Notes under the pieces: generated by a model
What the model was told of the DNA's origin: nothing
What the model saw: the letters and a program-made list of their open reading frames with translations, nothing else
The model's database searches: none
Program-made: the position numbers and the translations under genes
From: Alphaproteobacteria bacterium
GTDB lineage: Bacteria; Pseudomonadota; Alphaproteobacteria; JBFXJJ01
Assembly: GCA_050175015.1 (NCBI GenBank)
Contig: JBFXJJ010000010.1
Coordinates: 1-64,000, forward strand
DNA: 64,000 bases
Direction of reading: 5' to 3'
Part shown: one piece after another, positions 56,166-64,000 of the stretch
How the letters are laid out: every line of letters begins with the position of its first letter
How positions within the stretch are numbered: the first letter of the stretch is position 1

Positions 56166-57222
56166 TATCTTCCTTTAATTTTTCAACAATTTTTCTAACA
56201 TCTTGGCTTTTGTCTTTTGGAACTACCATTATGGCATCTTCGCAGGCAATTACAACCAAATCATCAACTCCAACAACCGAAATAAGCTGTTTGGTCGTCG
56301 ATTTGATAAAGCAATTCTTAGAATCAATAACTACCGTTTTAGCAGATTTAACATTGCCGTCTTCGTCTTTTTGCGAAATTTCCCATAAAGATTTATAAGA
56401 ACCAATATCATTCCAACCAGAATTATTAACAATTACAACGGCGGTCTTATTGGATCTTTCCATAACGGCATAATCAAAAGATATGGATTTAGCTTCGGCA
56501 AAATATTCGTTGTTTAAAAAAACAGCATTGCCATCAATTTTGGCTTTATTTAAGCTTTCGCTGCACGATTTTAGCATTTCTGGTTCGTACTTGCCCATTT
56601 CATCAATCAAGGTTTGGGCTTTCAGCATAAACATACCGCTGTTCCAAAAATAGTCTCCAGAGCTTAAATATTTTTTGGCCGTTTCTAAATTAGGTTTTTC
56701 TACAAATTTATCAATTATGAAAAAGCCATCATTATCTTTTTTGCCTTTTTTTATGTAACCAAAGCCTGTTTCTGGATATTCTGGTTTGATGCCAAAGGTT
56801 GTTAAAAAGCCTTTTTCTGATGCTTTTAGAGCAGTTTCAGCCGCATCTAAAAAGGCAGAGTTGTTTTGGATAAAATGATCAGAAGGCATAACCATCATAA
56901 CGGCATCTTTATCTTCTTTATAAAGACAAAGAGCAGATGCCAAAATGGCTGGTGCGGTGTTCCTTGCACAAGGTTCTAGTATTATTTTAGCGTTTGTGAT
57001 ATTCTGGTTTTTTAATCCATAATTTACTAGGTCTAAATGATGTTCTACGCAAATTATAGTAGGGTAGTTAAAAAGTTTATCGCGGCATCTTTTAACGGTA
57101 TTTTCAAAAAGATACTCATTATCAACTAAACGGGTAAATTGTTTGGGGTTTTTATTAACAGATATTGGCCATAATCTTGAACCAGCACCGCCCGATAATA
57201 AGACAGGATATATTTTGCCCAT
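56146..57222 (-). CDS. manC: Mannose-1-phosphate guanylyltransferase (no C-terminal cupin domain)
   Basis: 'LSGGAGSRLWP.S..PKQF', 'RNTAPA', 'FVEKP', 'WNSGMF', 'WNDIGS'; 358 aa. Confidence 0.92.
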   Translation of the reverse strand: MGKIYPVLLSGGAGSRLWPISVNKNPKQFTRLVDNEYLFENTVKRCRDKLFNYPTIICVEHHLDLVNYGLKNQNITNAKIILEPCARNTAPAILASALCLYKEDKDAVMMVMPSDHFIQNNSAFLDAAETALKASEKGFLTTFGIKPEYPETGFGYIKKGKKDNDGFFIIDKFVEKPNLETAKKYLSSGDYFWNSGMFMLKAQTLIDEMGKYEPEMLKSCSESLNKAKIDGNAVFLNNEYFAEAKSISFDYAVMERSNKTAVVIVNNSGWNDIGSYKSLWEISQKDEDGNVKSAKTVVIDSKNCFIKSTTKQLISVVGVDDLVVIACEDAIMVVPKDKSQDVRKIVEKLKEDNEKTYL

Positions 57223-58223
57223 TAGCTGTTCTCCATATTGCTAGCAAATTTCCAAGCATCTTGGCACATATCTTTAATATTCTTTGTAGCTTTCCACTTT
57301 AAAATTTTTTCAGCAAGAGCTGGGTCTGCATATGATATTGCAATATCTCCTGGTCTTCTAGGAGCTATTTTGTAAGGTATTTTGATGCCAGAGACTTCTT
57401 CAAAGCCATTTATTATGTCAAAGACAGAATAACCATGTCCTGTTCCAATATTGAAAAAGTGATTACCATCGTTGTTTTTTAAAAAATCTAAGGCAGCAAT
57501 ATGAGCTAGAGCTAAATCTGATACGTGAATATAGTCTCTAACACCTGTTCCGTCTTTGGTTGGATAGTCATTGCCAAATACAGATAGCTCTTTAAGTTCA
57601 CCTTTGGCAACTTTCAAAATATAGGGCATTAAATTGTTAGGTATGCCTTTGGGTTGTTCGCCCAATAAACCAGAAGAATCAGCCCCAATGGGGTTAAAAT
57701 AGCGCAGGCTTGTAACTCTGGCTTCCTTATCTGATACGGCAAAATCACTTAGAATCTGTTCAACCATAAATTTACTAAAACCATAAGGATTATATGGGGA
57801 GATAGTATCACTTTCTGTAAACGGATTTTCCTTTGAAGGAGCATAAACGGTTGCCGATGAGCTAAAGACAAAAGTTTTAACATTATGTTTCTGCATAGCT
57901 TTTAAGAGGCTTAATGTTCCTGCAACATTGACGTCATAATAAGCGATAGGATTAATAACCGATTCGCCGACTGCTTTCAGTCCAGCAAAATGAATTACAG
58001 CTTCAATATCGTGTTTAGTGAATATTTGCTCTAGTAAAGATTGATCTCTGACATCACCTTCAAAAAAAAGAGGACACTTGTTAGATATTTTCTCAATGTT
58101 TTTTAAAACTTTAGGATTCGAGTTGCTAAAATTATCAATAATAACAACATCGTATCCTTTTTTTAACAATTCAAGAGCGACATGAGATCCGATGTACCCA
58201 GCTCCGCCTGTAAGTAAAATCAT
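57222..58223 (-). CDS. galE: UDP-glucose 4-epimerase
   Basis: 'TGGAGYIGSH', 'HFAGLKAVGES', 'SSSATVY', 'YGFSK', 'LRYFNP', 'RDYIHV'. Confidence 0.96.
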   Translation of the reverse strand: MILLTGGAGYIGSHVALELLKKGYDVVIIDNFSNSNPKVLKNIEKISNKCPLFFEGDVRDQSLLEQIFTKHDIEAVIHFAGLKAVGESVINPIAYYDVNVAGTLSLLKAMQKHNVKTFVFSSSATVYAPSKENPFTESDTISPYNPYGFSKFMVEQILSDFAVSDKEARVTSLRYFNPIGADSSGLLGEQPKGIPNNLMPYILKVAKGELKELSVFGNDYPTKDGTGVRDYIHVSDLALAHIAALDFLKNNDGNHFFNIGTGHGYSVFDIINGFEEVSGIKIPYKIAPRRPGDIAISYADPALAEKILKWKATKNIKDMCQDAWKFASNMENS

Positions 58224-58492
58224 TCCTAGCCTTTTTGATTTTATATTATTTTAAAGTATATGTTTTATATGCTTTTAAGAGAACAAAGGCAATAATCTAT
58301 TTAAAAAAGGGAGAACAGAAATTAAAAACGTTGCAAAAAAAAATGCTAGTAATTATCGTTGGTCAGAGGGATTGTAGTGTAAAGAGTATCGTTCATTTGA
58401 ACATCACTTAATATGTTGAATTCTTACAGTAATATTTATAAAAACAAAGTCATAATTAAATCAAATATTTAGAACCGTAGGGATATTTAAGT

Positions 58493-60025
58493 ATGTGGTC
58501 ATTTTTTGAAAACATAGCTCCGAAGGAAGACGTAACTGACGAAGAATTAGAAGCTGGGATTCCTTGGTATTTTAAAGATGGTGTGGCATCGCAGATTCTC
58601 GACAGCATTACAGTTGGTCCTTTTTTAATTGCGTTTGCTTTAGATTTAGGAGCCAATAATATTGTAATTGGTTTGCTTGCTGCTATTCCGTTTCTAACAC
58701 AATTGTTTCAGCTTCCTGCCATATTTCTAATTGAAAGAACAAAAGCGAGGAAAGCTGTTACTCTTGCCGCCTGTGCAATATATCGTCCAATGCTTCTTGT
58801 TATGGGCTCAGCCGCATTTTTCTTGGGGTCTCCCTTTGCCCTTCCTGTTCTCGTCAGCGGTTTTGCGGGCAGATATATTTTGGGTAGTATTTCAGCTTGC
58901 AGTTGGAATTCATGGATGAAAGATTTTCTTCCTGAAGATAGGATTGGCAAAATTTTTGCTAATCGTATGTTTAAAATGATGGTAGCAAGCGTTATCATAA
59001 GCTTGGTTGCGGCGTGGTTTGTCGATGCCTGGCCTAAAATGTTTCCGGACTACTCGATATATCGTTATTCAATCTTGCTGGTTATTGCTTTTATATCAGG
59101 GGTTTATGGTTTAACTTGTATGTATCATATGCCTGAACCAAAGATGAAAAGTGCAGGTTTACAAAAAAGCTTTGTATCAAAATTATTAATGCCTTTTAAA
59201 GATCATAATTTTAAAAATCTTATGATTTTCCTTGGGACTTGGAACTTTGCAGTTAATCTTGCCGCTCCATTCTTCACTGTGCATATGCTCAAGAGACTAG
59301 AAATAAGCATAACATTGGTTACGATTCTTACAATATTAAGTCAAATATCAAATCTTATGATTATTAAATCTTGGGGAAAAATTGCCGATAACTTTAGTAA
59401 TAAATCTGTTTTGACAATCGCTGCGCCATTGTTCATTGGTTGTATTTTTGCTTGGACGTTTACTGCGCTTCCTGAAAAACATCATTTTACCTTGCTGCTC
59501 TTAGTTTTGATTCATATTTTTACAGGGGTAGCAACCGCAGGCGTTACGCTGGCAACTGGTAATATAAGTTTAAGACTGGCTCCCAAAGGAGAAGCGACGT
59601 CATATCTTTCGGTAAACAGTCTTGTTAACAATTTGGCAGCAGGTATTGCCCCTGTCTTTGGTGGTCTTTTTGCCGACTTCTTTTCTAATAAAGAACTTTC
59701 TCTTATGGTAAGCTGGAAGTCTGGAGCTGAAGGGCTTTTGCTGCAAACACTTAACTTTAGATATTGGGACTTCTTCTTCCTCTTTGCTACTATCATAGGT
59801 ATTTATTCTATTTATCGTTTATTCAAGATAAAAGAAGAGGGTGATGTTGAAGAAAATATTGTTCTGCACGAACTGATGGCAGAAATCAGGGGTAATATGC
59901 GTAATTTTAGAAACATTTCATCAGTTTCAGGAATTAAAATGGCAATCCATTTTCCAATAGAGAAAATTAAAATCCACAAGAAAAAGAGGCATAAAAAAGC
60001 CAAAGATGAATCTTCTAATCAGTGA
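58493..60025 (+). CDS. MFS transporter
   Basis: About 12 TM segments; MFS-like 'WGKIADNFSNK' loop. Confidence 0.85.
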   Translation: MWSFFENIAPKEDVTDEELEAGIPWYFKDGVASQILDSITVGPFLIAFALDLGANNIVIGLLAAIPFLTQLFQLPAIFLIERTKARKAVTLAACAIYRPMLLVMGSAAFFLGSPFALPVLVSGFAGRYILGSISACSWNSWMKDFLPEDRIGKIFANRMFKMMVASVIISLVAAWFVDAWPKMFPDYSIYRYSILLVIAFISGVYGLTCMYHMPEPKMKSAGLQKSFVSKLLMPFKDHNFKNLMIFLGTWNFAVNLAAPFFTVHMLKRLEISITLVTILTILSQISNLMIIKSWGKIADNFSNKSVLTIAAPLFIGCIFAWTFTALPEKHHFTLLLLVLIHIFTGVATAGVTLATGNISLRLAPKGEATSYLSVNSLVNNLAAGIAPVFGGLFADFFSNKELSLMVSWKSGAEGLLLQTLNFRYWDFFFLFATIIGIYSIYRLFKIKEEGDVEENIVLHELMAEIRGNMRNFRNISSVSGIKMAIHFPIEKIKIHKKKRHKKAKDESSNQ

Positions 60026-60440
60026 TTGCATATTTATTTGCTTCAGGAATCCTTAATTTTTTCAAAATTTTTTGATTTTACTTTTACCAAAGTTGCTGGG
60101 ATACTTCGCCGCAGGGCAGAAAAATATGTTAGGAAGGCTAACTTTGTTCTAATTTAGTTGCGGGTTAAGTGCAGAAATAAGCGATAAAAAATACCAAAAC
60201 AATCGGCGGCTAACACATTTAGAGCATATTTCATTTAATTGTACGCATCTTTATATTTTGCCTTACGGCAAGCCTTAGGCGGGCAGTTTTTTCTTTTATA
60301 AAAGCAAAGGCAAAACTTTTATTATTCTTAACTCTTTTTGTAAACAAAGATTTGAAAGTAATAAAAATAGTTTTTTAAGATTGCTAAGGATTTTTTTTTA
60401 CAAAAAAATCTTAGTTTGCGTAAGCAAATTTTTTAGGCAA

Positions 60441-60473
60441 CAAAAAACCCGCTTTAAATAGCGGGTTGTTTTT
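60441..60473 (-). terminator. Intrinsic (possibly bidirectional) terminator after tRNA-Glu
   Basis: AACCCGCT-N6-AGCGGGTT hairpin flanked by A- and T-runs. Confidence 0.8.
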
Positions 60474-60549
60474 TGGCGACCCCAAGGGGATTTGAACCCC
60501 TGTTACCGCCGTGAAAGGGCGATGTCCTAGGCCTCTAGACGATGGGGTC
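60474..60549 (-). tRNA. tRNA-Glu(TTC)
   Basis: GACCCCATCGTCTAGAGGCCTAGGACATCGCCCTTTCACGGCGGTAACAGGGGTTCAAATCCCCTTGGGGTCGCCA; 76 nt cloverleaf with CCA. Confidence 0.97.
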
Positions 60550-61224
60550 ATCTAGACTTGAAAATAACTTTTATTGCCTTTGAATAAAAAAATCAAGACT
60601 TTTTTATCACGAAATTAAAAAAAATTAAAAAATTTTAGGTAAACTAATCAATATGCACTTTTTAAGTGTTTTATACAGTTGTATTAAACCTTAAGTGACA
60701 TACTGAATGTTTGTCTTAAAGTGCTTTATTTTAAGTTGTTTTGCTAAATTTTATTAAATTAAAGAAAGATTACTAATTTTTATTGAAGCGTTAATTATTG
60801 TAATAAATAGCTATTATAAATAGTTATCAGGTAAAAATTCTATGATAGGCTCAGAGATGTTAATCATAAACAATAAAAAATATTACAAGAGTTATAACTA
60901 TAAAATGGGCTTCAATTTTAAAAAGATATAAGATATAGGGAGCTGCACTATGATATTTTGTGGTGAAATATGCTCTAAGCCTAAAATATTTGGCATAATT
61001 ATGAGACATTGTTGTTTAAGTTATTTACGACGTTGCTTATCAATGTATGATAAAATTAATTTGGTTTGATTATATAAAAAATAATTGTTTTTTATCTTAT
61101 GATTATTCCTCAAATTGTAGCTCAAAATATTTTGATTTATAGTCTGAAACATAACAATAGAACTAGCTTGTAGACTTATTACAGCTAACTTAATTTTTCG
61201 TGTAATTAAAAAACTAGGTTTGTT

Positions 61225-63222
61225 TTAGATATCTAGGTTATCAGATTCTATGAACTTTGCTCGTTCTTGAATAAACTTAAAACGCAGTTCAGGCTTTTTG
61301 CCCATCAAGTGTTCAACTCTTCTCGCTGTATCTAGAGCCTCTTCTTTTTCTTCAACGTTCTGCCCGTGAGGAATAGTTACTCTTAAAAGGGTTCTTTTGA
61401 GTGGGCTCATAGTAGTTTCTTTAAGTTGGGCAGCTGGCATTTCACCAAGACCTTTAAACCTGCTGACTTCAACTTTGGTATTTTTAGCAAAGTTTTTGGA
61501 GATGACAGTTTCTTTATCAGAATCATCGAACGCATAAAAAGTTTTATCTTTATGAGTAAGACGGTAAAGAGGAGGCAGGGCTAAGTAGAGATTTCCATTT
61601 TCTATTAAGCCTTTCATTTCCTGATAGAAAAAAGTCATAAGTAAAGATGCAATGTGGGCGCCATCAACGTCAGCATCTGTCATAATTATAATTTTTTCAT
61701 ACCTTAAACCATCAATATTAAAGCGGTTTCTTGTGCCGCAGCCTAAAGCCTCAATAATATCCTTGATTTCTTGGTTGTTCATAATTTTATCAGATGTTGC
61801 ACTGGCAACATTGAGAATTTTTCCACGTATAGGAAGAATTGCTTGCGTTTCCCTATTGCGTGCCTGTTTAGCAGAACCGCCGGCAGAATCGCCTTCAACA
61901 ATAAATATTTCGGTGCCATCAGGTGTGCTTCTAGAGCAATCGGCAAGTTTTCCTGGCAGGCGTAGTCTTTTGGTTGCGGATTTACGGTTAAGTTCTTTGT
62001 CTTTGCGTTTTTTCTGGCGATATTCTGCACGCTCAATAATAAAATCTAATAAAGCGTTTGCCATTGTCGTATTGGAAGACAACCAGTGATCAAACATATC
62101 TTTAATAACGGGTTCGATATATTTGGTAGCTTCTGGTGATGTTAGTTTTTCTTTGGTTTGTCCTTGAAACTGAGGATTTTTCATAAACAAAGACAGCATA
62201 ACAGAGGCGCTGCCAAACATATCGTCAGCATTTATATTCGAGGCTTTTCTATTGCCTGACATTTCGGCATAAGCTTTGAGGCTTTTGGTTAAAGCGGTTT
62301 TGAAGCCATTTTCATGCGTTCCGCCAAAAGGTGTAGGAACTGTGTTGCAGTAAGAATAAAAGAAGCCATCTTCGTTATCTGAAGCCCAGTTCAATGCCCA
62401 TTCAATTTTTCCATTATCGTCTGGAATATCTACAATACCAGCGAAATGCTTATCAGTTACGGTTTCTTTGCCGCTTATCATATAGTTAAGAAAGTCTTCC
62501 AAACCATTGGGAAAGACTAAAACTGCTTCACTTGGAATTGGATTGTCTTCACTTATTAATGAAGGAGCGCATTGCCATTTAATTTGAACCCCGCGGAAGA
62601 GATAAGCTTTGGAACGTGCCATACGGTAAATATGCCCAGGGCGAAACTTTACTCTAAAACCAAAAATTTCAGGGTCAGCTTTAAAAGTCACAGAAGTTCC
62701 TCTGCGATTGTTTACTTTTCCTACTTCTTCTAGGGTAGTTGTTGGAAGTCCTCGACTATATTTTTGGCGCCATAAAGTTTTATCTCTAGCAACTTCTATT
62801 GTTAATTCTTCTGACAAAGCGTTAACTACAGAAATGCCGACTCCGTGTAATCCTCCAGAAGTAGTGTAAGCCCCACTGCCAAATTTGCCGCCCGAATGAA
62901 GAGTTGTCATAATGACTTCAAGGGCAGATTTTTCAGGGTTTGATGGGTGTGGATCCACAGGGATTCCTCGACCATTATCAGAAATGGTAATGGATCCATC
63001 TTCGTGCATACTGACTTCAATTGTATTTGCGTAGCCTGCAACAGCTTCGTCCATAGAGTTATCCAGAATTTCGGCAATAAGATGATGCAGGGCGTTTTCG
63101 TCAACGCCGCCAATGTACATACCTGGTCTTCTACGTACCGGTTCTAAACCTTCTAAAACTTCAATATCCTTAGCGGTATAAGCGTTTTTTGAGGTTTGTT
63201 TGTTTGAAAATAAGTCTGACAT
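61225..63222 (-). CDS. parE: DNA topoisomerase IV subunit B
   Basis: 'LEGLEPVRRRPGMYIG', 'EILDNSMDEA', 'GLHGVG', 'VEGDSAGG', 'MTDADVDG'; 665 aa, lacking the GyrB insertion. Confidence 0.92.
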   Translation of the reverse strand: MSDLFSNKQTSKNAYTAKDIEVLEGLEPVRRRPGMYIGGVDENALHHLIAEILDNSMDEAVAGYANTIEVSMHEDGSITISDNGRGIPVDPHPSNPEKSALEVIMTTLHSGGKFGSGAYTTSGGLHGVGISVVNALSEELTIEVARDKTLWRQKYSRGLPTTTLEEVGKVNNRRGTSVTFKADPEIFGFRVKFRPGHIYRMARSKAYLFRGVQIKWQCAPSLISEDNPIPSEAVLVFPNGLEDFLNYMISGKETVTDKHFAGIVDIPDDNGKIEWALNWASDNEDGFFYSYCNTVPTPFGGTHENGFKTALTKSLKAYAEMSGNRKASNINADDMFGSASVMLSLFMKNPQFQGQTKEKLTSPEATKYIEPVIKDMFDHWLSSNTTMANALLDFIIERAEYRQKKRKDKELNRKSATKRLRLPGKLADCSRSTPDGTEIFIVEGDSAGGSAKQARNRETQAILPIRGKILNVASATSDKIMNNQEIKDIIEALGCGTRNRFNIDGLRYEKIIIMTDADVDGAHIASLLMTFFYQEMKGLIENGNLYLALPPLYRLTHKDKTFYAFDDSDKETVISKNFAKNTKVEVSRFKGLGEMPAAQLKETTMSPLKRTLLRVTIPHGQNVEEKEEALDTARRVEHLMGKKPELRFKFIQERAKFIESDNLDI

Positions 63223-63371
63223 AGCTGCGGATTATAGGTAGGCTTTTTAAGTTGAGCAAGATAGAAAAGTTATATTTTTTTAAACTTTTTTTATATCTTT
63301 AAAAAAAAACTAAAAAAAAAGCTCAAAAGCGCTTGCCTTTTGGTAATAAATTTAAGATAAATAGACCGTAT

Positions 63372-63496
63372 CACACACGTAAGGTTTAAACGGCAGTAAT
63401 TGTGCATTGTTTTTCAAACATCAAAAATTGTCGTCTCCGGTGTTAGTACTTTTCTTTTAAAGTGCTAGCTAGAATGCCTTACGGAGGTTTAACCGG
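63372..63496 (+). ncRNA. rpsB (S2/t44-like) leader RNA
   Basis: CACACACGTAAGG...CCGGT...CCTTACGGAGGTTTAACCGG; CGTAAGG/CCTTACG stem and CCGGT/ACCGG pairing immediately before rpsB. Confidence 0.75.
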
Positions 63497-63518
63497 TAAA
63501 GCAAAGAGGATTATAAAT

Positions 63519-64000
63519 ATGGCTATACCTACATTTTCAATGTCTCAGCTTGTTAAAGCTGGCGTTCACTTTGGACATCATACTCGTCGTTGGAACCCAA
63601 AAATGGGCAAATTCATTTACGGCAGCAGAGAAAATGTCCACATTTTAGATTTACAGAAAACCGTTCCAATGATGTATCAGGCTCTTCAAGCTGTCAGCAA
63701 TACTGTTGCTGCAGGTGGTAAAGTGCTTTTTGTTGGAACAAAAAGACAAGCTCAAGATCCGATTCGTGAAGCAGCGGAACGCTGTGGTCAATACTATGTT
63801 AACCATCGTTGGTTAGGTGGTATGATGACTAACTGGAAAACAGTTACTCACTCTATCAATCGTCTTAAAGAATTCAATGAAATGGTTTCTGAAGGCAAAT
63901 ATGAAGGTCTTACTAAGAAAGAGACTCTTAATGTTGGCAGAGAAAGAGAAAAGTTGGATCAAGCTTTAGGCGGCATCAAAGATATGAATGGCTTACCTAA
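63519..64000 (+). CDS. rpsB: 30S ribosomal protein S2 (5' partial, runs off the window)
   Basis: Manual translation [29 protein letters not shown]...LFVGTKRQA...[13 protein letters not shown]. Confidence 0.97.
   Translation, partial: MAIPTFSMSQLVKAGVHFGHHTRRWNPKMGKFIYGSRENVHILDLQKTVPMMYQALQAVSNTVAAGGKVLFVGTKRQAQDPIREAAERCGQYYVNHRWLGGMMTNWKTVTHSINRLKEFNEMVSEGKYEGLTKKETLNVGREREKLDQALGGIKDMNGLP

Larger units (their letters stand above)
60219..60978. repeat. Perfect 15-bp inverted repeat pair flanking tRNA-Glu
   Basis: TTAGAGCATATTTCA (60219-60233) and TGAAATATGCTCTAA (60964-60978). Confidence 0.6.

Noticed and set aside
60950-61069. 39-aa Cys-rich ORF (MIFCGEICSK...) with GGGAG upstream
   Set aside because: Short, no recognisable motif, overlaps a repeat end; probably spurious.
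1284-63147. Many 60-145 aa ORFs in the track lying antisense to or overlapping long genes
   Set aside because: Shadow ORFs of well-supported genes, with no independent motifs.
63265-63289. Third copy of the AAAAGTT...AACTTTT operator upstream of parE
   Set aside because: Spacing differs by one base and there are several mismatches; expected by chance in AT-rich DNA.
1-64000. CRISPR array, cas genes, rRNA, IS transposase, alternative genetic code
   Set aside because: No regularly spaced repeats, rRNA-like sequence or transposase motifs were seen, and conserved genes translate intact with the standard bacterial code.

Overview
AT-rich bacterial chromosome segment, most likely alphaproteobacterial (judged from the style of ParE, RpsB, GltB and phosphomannomutase; this is inference) with anaerobe-type redox genes. 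From left to right: (1) 1-10752, the right part of an integrative mobilizable element ending at a displaced 3' half of tRNA-Thr(TGT). It carries a tyrosine integrase, excisionase-like HTH, split primase/DUF3631 ATPase, TraK-MobC-MOBP relaxase, and cargo including a trypsin-like protease and a J-domain protein. (2) 10.8-16.9 kb, a HEXXH metallopeptidase followed by secreted repeat-module proteins, small membrane paralogues and paralogue remnants. (3) A stand-alone gltB. (4) 22.9-44.5 kb, a large fucose-related glycan locus (gmd/fcl, PglK-like ABC flippase, Wzy/Wzz, several glycosyltransferases, four methyltransferase-like genes, two ATP-grasp enzymes, CapA, MBOAT/SGNH). (5) 44.7-51.7 kb, the most unusual part: a tightly coupled operon of methyltransferase, unannotated 47-aa peptide, esterase, split transketolase, remote PvcA/DIT1 (isonitrile synthase)-like protein, tetrapyrrole-type methylase and RidA. 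It shares a 24-bp palindrome with an upstream flavodoxin / CxxxCxxC mini-protein operon. (6) nfnAB, pmm-manC-galE, an MFS transporter, tRNA-Glu, parE, and the rpsB leader and 5' part. All family assignments come from motif recognition by eye; no searches were run.
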